DNA of 64,000 bases from Perna viridis. Lineage: Eukaryota. Positions 45,863 through 60,249 of this stretch are shown here, in pieces. The DNA lies in NCBI GenBank assembly GCA_037379345.1, contig CM074515.1:8680001-8744000 (forward strand), in the 5' to 3' direction. Position 1 is the stretch's first letter. Each line of letters starts with the position of its first letter. A program made the position numbers and the translations under genes. Under the pieces are notes generated by a model that saw nothing but the letters and a program-made list of their open reading frames with translations, did no database searches and was not told the DNA's origin.

Positions 45863-47689
45863 AGACATCAGTAATGTAACAATATAGTAGTAAAGTTATC
45901 AACAAAGTCAAATGGTATTTGATTACAAATAGCTCCATCCATCATATACGAGCCTAACTTCATATTATTTCAGCCATAACAGAAAATATTTCATTTGAAA
46001 ATTCTTGTTTAAATATTGAATCATTTTTTTTTAATGGACGAGTCAAAATTTTTTTTTTAGGGTTTGGAACATCTCTTTTTTTCTTAAAAAGAACACAGAT
46101 TCCCTCACTAATAAAATGGTTGGTGCCAAATATTCAGTAATTTTATAGTAAAACTACTGATTATTAATATGCCCTTATTTTCACCATAAACATGATCAAA
46201 ATTCTGTGTTTGTACTGTGGTTAGACATTTCTACCTCTATAATAAATGAATATGGGAAATTCTGTTTATAGTACATGTAAATAAAGGGTTATAACAAAAG
46301 TAGTAAAAGGAATGGTCAAAAGAAGGAAAGATCATGTCAAATGTCAGTATGAATGCAAAAACCAGAAGTTGGAAATGACTGCAATCATCCTGACATGGTG
46401 CATGCATTTCTAATGAAAAATAGAGTGCAAGGGTGTTTCATGGGTTGAAAGACCACATACTAGTATGTTGTTTAGAATGCTTCAGATTATTGAAAATTAC
46501 CATAGCTTTCATATCTTATTCCTATAAGAAATCAATACATGTGTAATGCATTTAATTTTCTTTTAAGGGGAAGTAACTCACAGTTTGCTAATACATTCTA
46601 TTATAACTCACCTGAAAAAATTTTCACAAGTTTCATATATAAAATCACTGTATGCCTGAAGTTTACTTACATTAAACAGAAAACTAGGAGATTTACCTTT
46701 TTGAAAAACCTATTTACAGGAATTCCATGTCTGCATAACTCTAAAAGTGGATAGTTACTATAATGATAAAGCCTCTGGACTTAACAGGATAAATGACATT
46801 CCTAGTCTGTATGTTTATTGCTATGTATATAAGTTTCCTATGGCAGAATATGATACTTTTTCAATGATTAATGTCTTGATGATGGCATAATAAACATAAC
46901 ATAATTTTGTTTTTTTTCTTTTCATTATGAGAGTACTGTTATTGGAAAACTTTAGATTTTTGTCATCATATAATTTTGGCAATTTTTGGTTATGTATCAT
47001 GAACTAAGAAGAATTGTTTTGACACAGTGAAACTGATGTTTCCCCTTCCTATTTCCAGTCTTGTTACATAATTTCAGGGATTAAGAGGTAGTGTACATAA
47101 CTGTGTCTTGCATGTATATGTGCTTCAACCAAGGAACAGTGTCCTGAACATTATCTTATCTTTCATATATATATATTGTGTGCATGTTATTATTTTGTAC
47201 AAACTCCTTGTATGATATTGTCCAAACTTACAATTTTTTACCCCTTAATGGGCTATAATTCCAGAACAGTTCAAGTCAGTGAACTTGTTTTCCTTTTATT
47301 GCAGCCGAATATTGGCTGTTTCCCCTGGAGACTTTTCCCAAAATGTAAAAAAATATTATTCCTTAAACATTATAATATTATGTTCCTCGAGACATGATTT
47401 CTCCGCCTGGTGCTTTGTTCACTTTTGGGGAATGTTTTTCTTGGACAAGTCATAACCTACTGAATACTGGGAGTAAGAATTTGTCTGTTATGTATCGGTT
47501 TTCAGTTCCTGATCGGCATATGATGCATTTCTGTCCCGTGTAAAATATTTTCCGTGTGTTCAAAATATAGCAAAATTTCCCAAAAATAAAGGGTTGAGAC
47601 TGCTTTTAAAACAAGGAACAAAATTACTGTCAGAAATCCCCCCAAAAAAATCAACTATTGGATGGTACCTTGTGAGTACTGTTCGGACA

Positions 47690-47945
47690 TAATGAAAATA
47701 CTTGTTTCTGGCCCTTAACTCCTAAATGGTTCAAGTCACAACCCACCAAATCAAATCCTGGCTTTCTTTTGAGGTATGATACCTTGTGATACAATCATTT
47801 GTAGTAAACTTATGAAAATGCTTGTTTCCTAATTCCTTAACAACCCTCCAAAATCATTCCTAAGCAACCTTTTTCGGTAAGACAGCGACACAGATAACAA
47901 CATCGCCATATCAATATATGACTGCAATTAGTTTGCTGTTGTATC
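47690..47945 (-). mobile_element. Fragment of the 37935-38805 element family
   Basis: ATGAAAAT.CTTGTTTC...GGCCCTTAACTCCTAAA units with the same reverse orientation and end motif as 4255-4630. Confidence 0.45.
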
Positions 47946-47980
47946 ATAAAAACCATCAGAAAATCAAATTTTCAAACCAT

Positions 47981-47986
47981 TTTATT
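47981..47986 (-). terminator. Candidate ARCN1 polyadenylation signal (implies a 3' UTR of about 1.5 kb)
   Basis: TTTATT on plus is AATAAA on minus, followed on minus by GT/T-rich sequence, at the end of a repeat-free stretch after the ARCN1 stop. Confidence 0.4.
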
Positions 47987-49470
47987 GGTGACTTTTTCAG
48001 AGCACTTTCATAATAAATATCTTTTTTTTATCAGTACATATATACATTAACAATTACTTTTGGTCCTCAAGAAAAGAAGAAAAAGATAAGATTTTGAATA
48101 TTTTGAAACAACTGAAAAAAAAAATTTACATTATTATCTCCCCACTTTGTATATTGAATCCCTTATAGATAACACATAAAAACAATTCAAGGTGATTCTA
48201 CATTACAAAAAAAATATACAATATCTGTTCCTTTTCCTTGGAAATATCCTAGAGTTTAAAAATGAAAACAAAACAGTTTTCCTTCTAGAATTAAACAGTA
48301 CATGTAGTTTCACTTTAATTTTCATTTGAATTTTTAGTGATGTTGAAAAAATTCTAAAGTAAACATTGTCATTAAGTCATGCAGTTTTAAATCAAAACCA
48401 AAGGTAAGAACAAAGAAAATTTACACTTCATAAACGAATTGTTTTTCAACCCATAAGTTACAATAAAATCAAGCGTAATTGCACAGATAATAGCTGCTTA
48501 TCTAAGAAGAATGTAAGACATCATAAAAATTAGAAAGATGTCAGACAGAGACCAAGAGGATAACAAAATTGATGTCTTTGTGCTTATTAAAAAAATGTTA
48601 ACTTTACCTATCAAGAAAAAAAAACCCAAACATTTCATGATATATATTAAGCCATATCTGCCTATGTTAAATAATGCAGTAGAAACAACTTTTTCACTCT
48701 TGAACAACACCAATATCGTAAGATGTTTATCTGATATTGCCAAAATTGATGTCAAAGTTTACACAAAAATTATAACAGATGCAATATCAACAAGTACAAT
48801 CATTCACAAAAACCACAAAATATAAACAGTTTTTATTACAGTGTGTAAAGTAGTAAACTTGAAATCTTCATGGGATAAAGCTGGTCTTCTTTTAATGGAG
48901 TGACCTTTTGAACACCCTTAAAAAGTTAACTTGATGATTGAGAAGGCAATTTAAACTATTAATTATTTCATAGGTATTTGAACCTATGTCTGATAGAAAT
49001 TTCAAAATCTTCTCAATTGTCCAGTTAACTTCATTAATTAATGGTCATTCTAACAAGGAAGATCAACTCTACTCCTGTGAAGTGGACTTATTGCTTTATT
49101 TCTCAGAAGAATAACATGAGTTTTTCCCAAGGATATAAAGTAAGGTTCTGAACCAGATACATATCAACATCAAACAAGAAACAATACACATAAAATAAAG
49201 TTTGATGCAGGACTTGAAGACATCCAAACAGAGCCCACATGATTGTTTATCTTTCAAATGACACAGAAATTATAATCCTTATAGATCTGTTACAATGTTC
49301 AAATCATATAAATGATCTTCTCAGCTTCTTTTTGGAAATATGATGTGGTACCAAAAAACACATTCATAGGTATTCCTGCCAGATTCTCAAATTTCAATAT
49401 TTTTAAGCATAAGTGGCTTCTATTTTTCCCTGTCCCAAAGATTGCTTTATCTTTAACATTACTAAAATCT

Positions 49471-52400
49471 TCATACAATTTCATATTTGTCAGTATAAAA
49501 CATAACCTCTGATGAATACTTGGCAGGCTGTTCGCCATCTAATAATCGTACATCAGAAAGCTGAAAAATAAATATACAGATCATAAAAGGCTTATCCTGT
49601 AAGTTCAATGCCAAACAAAAGTAAGTAAATTACATTCCACACACAATGCCAAGAGGTATTGATTGTATTCTAGGTGCTGTTTAATGTTACACACAATGCT
49701 ACGAGGTATTGATTGTATTCTAGATGTCCTTTAATGTTACACACAATGCTACGAGGTATTGATTGTATTCTAGGTGCTGTTTAATGTTACACACAATGCA
49801 ACAATGTATTGATTGTATTCTAGATGCTGATTAATGTTACACACAATGCTGTAAGGTAATGTTAAGTTTTACTTCTGCTGAAGCTAACTAGGTGTCAAAC
49901 ATGTAATATTCAATGTTGTAGCTATTTTCAGACATGTTTATTCAGCTTTAAGACAAAATGTAGTTTTAGTTGTAGTTTGGGAAACTATTGAGTTGTAAAA
50001 TCTTGATCTTTGAGCCCAATTACAATGGGTTTTATGCAGCAATTCGTAAAGTGTTATGAACAGTAAAAAATTGTAGAATCTAAGCAGAAACTGTTGGGGT
50101 AAACAAGCCTGAATTTTAAGTACAGAGATTGGTTAATGAATCTTGGATACTACAAAAGTACTTCAATTTGTGGGCTTCAATTTTTGTAGCAAGTCATAAT
50201 TGCACTAGTTAATACAGTTTTTATATTCACTGTTTTGATTGTGCATCAGAGATTTCAGTATTTCATATTTCTTTGGGAGGTTTGATACATTTACCATGAC
50301 TACTGGCACCCCCAATAAAAAATAAACACAAACAATCCATGAATTTTTAAAATGTTCATTGTAAAGAATTGTTCCTTTGGAAAGCAGGTGAATATCTTGT
50401 CTTAATACATGTAATTGTTTCCTATATTATACCATCAATAATTCCTAGATAGGGAGTTTAGCATTGGACGTAGCTTAGTGGTTAACTTATTCCTACCTGT
50501 AAATCACAATAAGACTTTTTGGACATAAAATTGACATTAACAGGGAAGAAATCATCAGGATGTCCTGCTATACTAAACTCCAGACTACCAGACTTGTTAG
50601 ATGCATCTATAACAGGTAAACTCCAAACCAACACTGACTTTCTACTATCGTAATTATATTCTCCGTCACAATCCCCTACAACTGGTGCTCCCACATTTGA
50701 TCTGTTAATGTAAGATAATACATGTGTATCTTCATTTTTCTCTGTAGTAAAGGAGATATAGTAAATATAGTTCAATAGCAGTCTTTAAAAATGTCAGACA
50801 GAAGGTAATATATGCATGTCATTCACCTACAAAATTCACTTTTACTGATCATTCAGAGATAGAGACCACATGACCAATCCTAGTCATAAAGTTTTATTAT
50901 TTAGATAAAAATTATAGATTGTGTGTGAAATTGTGTACAGGTTATTGTCTTTGATTTGGTTGATTTAAGACAGAGATGAAAATATGGTTTTCTTAAAACA
51001 GATCTGTATACAGGAAGACTATAGTCACATACAGATATGGTGAATGTAGAATGAAAAAAGCAGTTTGTATTTCAGCACCTTACCACTACCATTGACAGTG
51101 TTTGAATTTTATATGGATTGATATTTAATATCTGATTTTCTTTCAGCTATACACAGATTTTTTTCTAGTTAATAGTTTTTACATACACTTTGTTGATTTC
51201 ACATAAAATTTTTAATGCTGTTTAATTTATTGACCTAAATGAAAGCAAAACATATCAGTGATCAGTTTTTGGTTGCATAATTTCACCTTATGGAGGTAAA
51301 CTTTCCACCGAAATTTTTTTGCTGGACTTACGGTAAAGGAATATTGATTATCACATCATTCAATTCTAAGTGTGGTTGTTCTAATCCATATTCAATGTTC
51401 ACATCACAGCCACTACCAGTCTCATTGGGCCAGCAATTTACTGCAATAAGAGTTGTTTTTTTTAATAAAATTCCTTAATAATATGCAAATATCCTTCAAC
51501 TATTCGTCAGAGAATAAAAGTACAAAATCACTAGAGTTATACATGAAAACATTGAAGGAAATACCTTTCCCTTGTTAAAGTACTGTTATCCTGTTAAAGA
51601 GCCAGTAATTAGTATTTCACTGGTATTCACCTTTAACTTTTGATAAAGTGCACTAACAATCAAACTGAATTATAGAAAAAAAACATTGTTAATTATTACA
51701 TGCATTTTGACATACACATGCACAAATACTTTCCATATATATTTTTTCATTTTTTGTTCAATTACACAAAGAAATATGTGACTTTTACTTACATATTTAA
51801 TCAATTTTTTGATAGTCTGTACCAGTGAATAATTTGACTCACTTGATAATGGCATATTAGATTCATCCTGTGTAGTATATCTCCATTTCAAAACACCAAC
51901 ATCCTGGTGGAGTGGGAACGGTTTCTCAGGATTTTTAAGCTGTATGCATGATGATGAATTGAACATTTTTTTATCAACATTTGGATGTGTCTGGAAAAAT
52001 ACAAAGAAAAACCAATCAGTTGCATCAAGCAGACATGCTTTATTTTCTACAATACCAACAGAAGTAAATCAGACTGCAATTCAATGACCAGCTATAAAGA
52101 TCATTACTGTTATTCACCATGTGTTTTTTTTTCAGTATTTTCACATTTATCTTTTAATAGCATTTATAGTAGATTGTCTCATTTTTACAACATTAGTTTA
52201 ATCTACACTATTCAAAAATTCATTAAACGTTCTTTTTTACAAGCAAACCGTAAGAAAAATGCAAATGTGTTTAGTTTAAAGCCAGGAGTTAGCTTTATAA
52301 AGAACATAAGTTACTATTAATAGATAAGGAGAGAAAGGCACAGGCAAGTTTTCATGCAAATACTTTTGAAATGAAATGCTTTCGATACTAATTAAATTTT

Positions 52401-55400
52401 GTTGAGTTTGAGATTACAACCCTACCTGTAACTGAGTTCCTTTTTTATCATTATTGATCATCTGTACTTTAATACGACCATATTGTTCATCATTGACCTT
52501 GACCTTGACCATACCATGTATTTCCATACTCTGTAAGCCACCATCACGACCAGCTGTTAAATTAATCTTTTCTTCCATTACAACATGAACACTGAAGTAG
52601 AAATAACATGTGTAATATTAACATAATCAGTTAACATGATCAATACTAAGTTTAAACAAATACCGCTTACTTAAAAATGAAGTCATTTAACATTATTAAC
52701 ATCAACTAAAGTATTTTTTTGTATAACAACAACTACCAGGAAGTGGTTAATGAAATGTAAATGTCCAGTTCTTAACTGACTATGAAAACATGAAGCCTTT
52801 ATTTCTCTCAAAATAATATAAAAACAACAGAAAAGGAGTTAGATGGCAGAATTTTTTTTGTAGTTGACTTCTTAATTAAGAACTGAGATGAAGGTGAGAT
52901 TATAGGATGAAGACATACATGTTATGCATAAAACTGATCTTCAAGGCATGACATATAATCATTTAAAATCTTGGAGTTAAATGGCTCAGCCAAAACCCCT
53001 AGTAAGTCAATAGGATCATAGACCAGTGATTACTAACCCTTCCTGATCTACAGCTGGTGTTGAAGCTTTAGCTACTGTGGAGGAGACTGAAGTATTTGTA
53101 CTAATGACTTCTGCAATCAAAACATATATACATATACAACTGGCACTTTATCATGTTTCATTTTTTATTTACCTAATTTTTAAGATTTTGAAAGCTAACA
53201 TATTTGAAAAGATTCAAAGGCATACAGTTAATCATTAAGATAGTAAATCATTTCAACGAGAGAATTTAACAATTTTTACAAAATCACTGAATTCAAATAA
53301 AAGCGTATTTAAAACAAAATTGTATTATTTAAAATATATTTTTCAACATAATAAGTGACGTAATGCAAAGTTACAAAATGTGTTTCTTGATGTTTGAAAT
53401 CACCAGGAAAACATAAATGGAGATAATTACATATTAAAAAAATATACAAATGTGTTTCCCTTATCATATAACATACTTTGTCCTTCAGATTCTAACTGTC
53501 CTACGAAGGTATCTACATCTTTCTTCTTACTGCCTAATTTAAGGGCTTTTCCTGATGATGATGGTTTGCTAAAATTGTTAAGATACATTTATAAGCTTGT
53601 AAAGTAAATACATGTGTATTGCTTGCTTTTCAAAACAAAATTGAGCTTGAGATGAAATACACAAGACTAATCATATTATCTTCATGAAAATGGTGCTGTG
53701 CTGAAATTCGCTTGTTTATTTGAATACAGGGTAACAACAAAAAAATGATTTAATTCCTGTACTTGGTTGAAATAAAAGTCAACTATTAGAAAAAAAACAC
53801 TTGAATATGTTATGTCTGTGTGTCAATACCTGGGTACAGATGAGTATGAAGGTTTAGTTTCCATGGACGAAGGCGTTGGTTCAACAATACCATGAGATGA
53901 AGAAGAAGAAGAATATGAAGAACTTCCAAAACCACCACCAAAACCAATACCCTTCCCTGTCCTGCCAGCCTCACGCCTCTCTTGTTGTAATTCTTTGGCT
54001 CTTTTCTTCATTGCTTCTTTAGCCTCTCTTTCTTGTGTCTGTAACAAAAGAAATCTTTTATTTTCATCTCAGTTAAATAAACAATGGCGACGGTATCAAA
54101 AAATGTCCCTAATTAAAACATTGTCATGCTTTCAATGTCACAAAAGATCTTTGAAATATTTTCTGTTCTATCAAATCTTTCAGTATACAATGTAAAAGGT
54201 TTTGACGAGATCAGAGATGCATACTTGACAAACTTTATAGTTTACATTATAGTTTAAGTGTGGTTTTTTGAAGGTGTCTTAAATTTGATTACCTTCACGG
54301 TAGACATCAAGATGAAAAAATAACCAACAACAACAAAAAATATTCAATTTTTATCCACCAAAGTTTATACCTGTATCATCACTATTATAGATTATTTATA
54401 GATTTTTCCTTTATAATTTTCAAAAGACAGTTACCTCTCTAACTGATATTGCTACTTTCTCTTCATGAGAGTCCATTTCTGTAAAAGTTCTTATCTGCGC
54501 CAAATTAACACTCTCTCTGTATCCTAAAGCAACAATTTCATCAAATGCAAATATCAAAGAGAATGCCTGATCCCCGATCTCGGCTTCCTCCATGTTTCTA
54601 CAATATTCAGGTATCTACAACAAAAACATCAAAACATATGCATGATTTTTTTTTCAAACAGCAGCATTTTTAAAGAAGCAAAGTCTTCCATATGACATTT
54701 AAAACTCAATTAATTCTAAGTAGCCTTGAACCCCCTATTTCAGTTGGTTTTAATAATTTATAATTTTTATAATTGTTAATATTTAAAGTTTTATCTAGCC
54801 ATATATATCACTTACCAATATTTGACAATTTTTTATAATCACTACAATCATATTAGTGTAAACTTATTTTCATGAGTGATTTACTTTGCTAATTAAAAAA
54901 AAAAATGAGAAAATTAAATCTACCTATAATAGAATACATCTTGAGAGGTTGTTAGACATGAAAATACATAGCCATGCAATCAGATTGACGTTTCCAAATC
55001 TTGAAAATACATTTCAGAAAAAATATCTTGGTTTACGGTATACTTATCAAATTTAAAAGTATTGACATACATTCTATTTTCCTGAATAGTAATACTAATA
55101 AGTAGCTTTGAAGGTTTATAATTTCTTCTTACCACACGAGCAAAAAGTCGTAGAGTTTCCAGATCTTCCAGTATATTGCTGGCCTTTGTTGTTATTAACA
55201 AAACATAAAGCTTTTCTAAAGGTTGGTAAACATATCTAACACTTTCTGTTTCTACAAATGTGTGTTGTTTTCCTGAACTCATTAACTTAGGGAAGGCTGC
55301 AAGGAGACCTTCTATTCTGGATCTGGTCATTTCAACAAACTGTCGGGATATCAGGGCTACAAAATACAAAAAAATAATTCTCATTTTTTACATACACTTT

Positions 55401-55767
55401 TGTATATTTCTTTTCTTAAAAAAACATTTATTTATAAATGAAAAGATAAGCACTCATATTTTAAAAACCAGATATCCAAAAATATAAATTCCACTCATTA
55501 CATCACAGTTAATCTTTATTAGTAAACAGTCATTTAATATTGCATGATTTTAACATATGAATTTGAAATGAAATAAACATGTAATAAAATGAGAAATGGA
55601 TTTTTCTCTCTACAACCAGTTTTGAGAACACTATGGCTGCTGACAAAGTAGATTTTTTTTGTATGTGAATAATAACATATTCTATTCTTTGGAGTCATCA
55701 AAATTTTATTTAAATAGGCATACAAACCTTTCCCCGACTTGTTGCAGACTGCTGCAGCAAGCAGCAC
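49471..55767 (-). CDS. ARCN1: Coatomer subunit delta (archain 1); 11 coding exons found, ATG-only first exon not located
   Basis: Exons (minus): 55767-55728, 55356-55133, 54614-54435, 54038-53830, 53568-53477, 53110-53038, 52591-52426, 51990-51843, 51440-51332, 50701-50497, 49560-49471. All GT-AG; 1536 nt plus a missing ATG gives about 512 aa. Motifs: [111 protein letters not shown]. Confidence 0.95.
49639..49856. repeat. 50-bp minisatellite, about 4.3 copies, in the last ARCN1 intron
   Basis: ACACACAATGCTACGAGGTATTGATTGTATTCTAGGTGCTGTTTAATGTT at 49639, 49689, 49739, 49789 and partially at 49839. Confidence 0.9.
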
Positions 55768-56522
55768 CTGTGAAAAGATAACCAAATATAAACTGAAAAT
55801 CTTGATTTGTTTTCAATTGTATCATTTGTTACTTCCTGTCTGAAAGCTTTTTGTATGTCACTTCCGATTTTCAAATTGTCAAATGTGTTTTGAATTAAAT
55901 CTAGTAGAAAGATAAAACGATATATTGATTAGCCAGTGCATACATTTTGAGCTTCACAGAGCTAATAACTGGATGGGTAAGGGAGGAAATCATGGAAAGC
56001 GCTGCACTTTACAGCGCTATCAAGATTGGTACTGTGCTATCTTGCTACCAGCGCTGTGCCATAAACTTAAATTTAAGGATTAAAAATCAATTACGACAGA
56101 AAACGTGTGTGCCCCAATGTCATTTACGGCATCCTACAAAGTAATTAGCAGTAAACACACTATGGTCAGTTGATCACCGTGTGACCGCACATGTGTCTGA
56201 CACCAATAAAAGTTGACATTGCCAACAAGATTCTTTAACAGTCACCCCACCTGGCCACAAATTAATTTTAATGAAGGTGTCAATCAGATATTAATATCTG
56301 ATTCATATCCAATATCTGATATGAACCAATCAAAACTGACTATGGTAAAAATTCACTCAACCATGGCTAAAAATACTTGGTTATTTATAAATGCAAAGTT
56401 CAATAATTGCACAATCACATGATGTTTTCAACATTACGAAGCTGATTTACCTTATAAAAGAACATATTAAATTCCCAAACAATATTTATTCCATCAGATA
56501 CTTCCAAAACACTTTGAAAAGA

Positions 56523-57350
56523 AACAAGAGGCTCCCATGAGCCTGAATCGCTCACATTGTTGAATTTTGCCTTTCAAAGGCAATATATTAAACAAGAAGT
56601 TGTCCAACAATTTTGACTCAAGAAGTCTTTGGTAGGACTTATCACAAGATCTTTTCAACAATTGAAAGTTTCTTTTAATCTATCATAGTTTTCAAGATAT
56701 TGACTGAAATCTATTAAAAAAAAAGTCATTTTTCCCCTTTCAAGAGTCTTTTGTAGTCCTAATAATATGGATCATTTCAGCAATTGAAAGAATTTGGATA
56801 AACATAACGGTTTTGGAGATGTATGTGAAAAACTACTGTCTGACCCCTATGTTCTATTTTTAGTAACGGCAGCTATGTTTTTCAATAAATCAAAAATCCC
56901 CACATCAGTTCTATGCAGTATACCCCAAGGAACATTCATACCAAGTTTGGTTCCAATTAGTCAAGTAGTGTCAGAGGAGAAGATTTTTGAAAGAAATAAC
57001 ATTAAAAATAGCAAAAATCATTGAGAAAGGGCAATAACTCCAACATGGCTCAACAGATTAAAACCAAAATTTGACCAGAGATAGATCTCATCGCGCTGAA
57101 CACTTTTACCCTGACAGAATTTAGCTAAACCTAATGGTTTAGGAGATAAATGTGAAAAACCACTGTCTGACCCCTATGTTCTATTTTTAGTAACAGTTTT
57201 TCGACGAATCAAAAATCCCCACATCAGTTCTATGCAGGATACCCAAAGGAACATTCATACCAAGTTTGGTTCTAATTAGTCAAGAATATTCAGAGGACAG
57301 ACGCCAAATGATGGCAATAGCTCACATGGCCTTTGGCCAGGTGAGGTAAA
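56523..57350 (+). mobile_element. Helentron/HINE-like non-autonomous element with both ends
   Basis: 5' end AACAAGAGGCTCCCATGAGCCTGAATCGCTCAC. Internal tandem unit of about 327 bp (about 56829 and 57156). 3' end GCTCACATGGCCTTTGGCCAGGTGAG carries a palindrome and a subterminal inverted repeat, with A-rich flanks. Confidence 0.75.
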
Positions 57351-59008
57351 AAGGAAATGGCCGTCTTTTGTTTACATTGCCATGTTGTTGTTTATCAAGA
57401 GCACATTTTTTGGCGGGAAAATTAGTTAAGAAATAGATTGTAAAATCCCCCCCAGTCTAAAAATAGTACAACAGGTGTGGGAATTTTTTTTTTTGTAAAT
57501 CATGATATGGTTTTTTTTGTCATGAATGAACTACATATAAACATAATATTTAAAAACAAAACAAAACAACTAGTGTGCCAACTTTAAATAACAAGAATAA
57601 GATTTATGTTTTTTTCCTGGTATAACTAGGTCAACTCCACACTACTTCTTGAAAATTTTTGGGAACATTAATATTAAGACCAGGGTAATCTTTTACATGT
57701 ATCTGATTAGATAATATTCTAAATTGATATACTGAAAGTTACTAAGATTAGAAAAAGAGTTTGATAGAGATTGCTCTTAATTATATGAATATCACATTCA
57801 AAAGAGCCATTGAGGCCCCAAAACAAATAAAAAATTGTATGTAATTTCCAAGAGTCTGCCGTCAGCAAAAATCTGAAGAACACTGGGTGTGTATGACTTA
57901 GAGGAAATATTTATGAAGAATTACTTATCATAATTTGATAGAATACATGTATCTTTCATTTTTCTGTTAATTTAAAAAGGAAAAATAAAAAATGGTATTA
58001 AGTTATATTTACTGCAAAAGAGGAAAAAAGATAAAATATTTACCTTCAAATAATTCATGTAAACATAAACAGCAATGCACAAATGTACATTATTCATACA
58101 CTGATCAATCCTTATATAACACATTAAATAAGAAGTGGGAAGTTTCGCCACGAGATATATTAACGTTGTGTCACACGCCCTGAATACAGCGTTATCTGAA
58201 AATCCTGAAGAGAACCCTGAAGTTTTACATTATTAGTGTGGAAGTGCTTTAAACTAATGGCGATCATTGAGTAATTCCTGTAACTCGATTTTTGGAGTCA
58301 TAACGGAAATATCCTGAGAAATTCCAGACTGATAAAAGTTCCTATGTTGATGGAAAAAGGAAACCAATGATAATCAAATGAATGAGCTTCTCCACCTTCT
58401 TTTTAAAAGAACTTTTACAGCAATAGAGTAATGAAGTTCACTTAATTTTGAAGCCTGTGCAGTGCATTATCTAAGAGTAATATGCTCCCAAAAAAGGAGC
58501 TAAATGGTAAAGTAAAAAATAATTAAGGGATTAAATCTCCTAATGGGTCAAAATAATTTCTGCACGATGGAGGAAAGGGGGTATTCTGACCGTGAATTTT
58601 CTCTCACTTCTGCATTTCACTGGTCAAAAACCAATCAGACTAAGACTAAATTGGACTAAGCAGCTGCAAGACTAAATGGGAGTATGAACATATTATAACA
58701 GGCATTTAGAACTTATTTACATTTTATATAAACTTCTAAATATTAAATTATGATACCACAAAAAAAAATATCTATTTTTAAACTTCTGAGTTCATTTGTG
58801 ACAACTGTGGTTTTATTATTAATTAGTTGTGGGGTATTTATTTTCGTAGTTTTCTAGGGCAATGTGGAACTACAATTCAAGAATTCAACAAACAATAACT
58901 TACATCTCAATGGATACAGATAACTCAAATAGAAAGACTTTAAATCTCTGCATCCTACATATCATTAACCAAGGAACCGTACTGAGTATTCAACATTCAG
59001 TCACTATT

Positions 59009-60172
59009 CAGGGGCTGCTCTGGCTTCCAAAATTCTGTCGCCAGAAAAATCGCCAGCTGCCATTTTTTGTCGCCTGTTTTCAGAAATTAGAGCCAAAGGG
59101 TGCCAAAAAAAAATTATACTTTTTTAAAAAAGGCAGTATTAAGTTCACTGGTGAATTATCTTTGTCATTTAAAATAGGCAGTATTAAGTTCACTGGTGAA
59201 TTATCTTTGACAATTCTCCAATCATGACAAGCATGTACCCAAGATTCACTCTTGATGCATGTATAAAGCAGGTTTTTAGCTCTAGTCTGTCACTTTCGTA
59301 TGCATAAAATATTAAGTACTACTCCAGAAACAGGTATTTTAATTCCATCAAAGACTATATTACTATTCTCATACAGTCCCTGATTTTAAAACATGCATGT
59401 TCACCTAAGTTGCCCTTTGTGGTCTAATTTACCTAATACAATATAATTTACCTTTTTTTTTTTTTATTATTACTGTTAACAAACTTGATTCTTTTTTTCA
59501 AGTCATAAAATTCCTATCAAACTACAGTTTGTACCATGGACCATTAATTGTGTCCCTGTTTAATTGTCTTGATATCTCAATAGCATTTCCTTAATTAGAT
59601 TTTGGGAATCCCCATTCTATTTGTTTACCGATTTTCCCGCCAAAAAAGTCACATGGCAAAAGTGTAAACAAATGTCATCCATTCTTTCATTTCAAAGTAC
59701 TTAGACACTTCCTGATGGGATAATCATTGTTAATTGGATTTAATTTATTCTGTTATTAAGTAAGTCTGTTTCTGAATGTATTACATGGTTAAATAGGGCT
59801 GTGAAACTTGTGTGTAGCCACGTGCACATGGCCTTAATTGTGTTTACCTTTGACCAGATGATGAGAGTTTTGATTGGCTCAATGATATATTTACATTTGA
59901 TTGACACCTCCTACGAGGATATTGTCAGTCCAGTCGCCTGGTCTAATTACCTTTAATTGCCTTCAGTCGTAAATTGGTCATAGTCAATTAACTCTGACCA
60001 AGTGTCGACACAATTGTTTAATTGGAGAGAATATCCGTTGCTGATAAACTTCCTGTCAATTTCAATTTACAAAACCTAGGCGACAAGAACATCGCCAACT
60101 GGCTATTTTTGTTGCCAGATAAAATAAAAAAATCGCAAATTGCGACATTAGCGAAGCCCAGCGCGTCCCCTG
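59009..60172. mobile_element. hAT-like non-autonomous DNA transposon
   Basis: Termini CAGGGGCTGCTCTGG and CCAGCGCGTCCCCTG with TCGCC/GGCGA subterminal repeats. Flanks CTATT/CTCTT could be a 5-bp TSD with one mismatch. Internal duplication of about 46 bp at 59128-59209. Confidence 0.6.
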
Positions 60173-60190
60173 CTCTTTATTTGCATAATT

Positions 60191-60249
60191 TTGTTTGTTT
60201 GTTGGGGTTTAACACCCGAGCAGCAATATTTCAGCTATATTCAGGCAAT
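60191..60249 (-). mobile_element. 5'-truncated copy (3' tail only) of the 28454-28969 retroposon
   Basis: TTGTTTGTTTGTTGGGGTTTAACACCCGAGCAGCAATATTTCAGCTATATTCAGGCAA, flanked by TTTGCATAATT on both sides (60180-60190 and 60254-60264). Confidence 0.8.

Noticed and set aside
48498-49538. ORFs of 66-95 aa downstream of the ARCN1 stop
   Set aside because: They fall in the presumed AT-rich 3' UTR or overlap the last exon out of frame, and show no motifs.
49639-49856. Regular repeat considered as a CRISPR-like array
   Set aside because: Units are contiguous with no unique spacers, the context is a eukaryotic intron, and there are no cas genes.
15991-55767. Minor-spliceosome (U12) or non-canonical introns
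   Set aside because: All reconstructed introns are GT-AG and none has the RTATCCTT donor signature.
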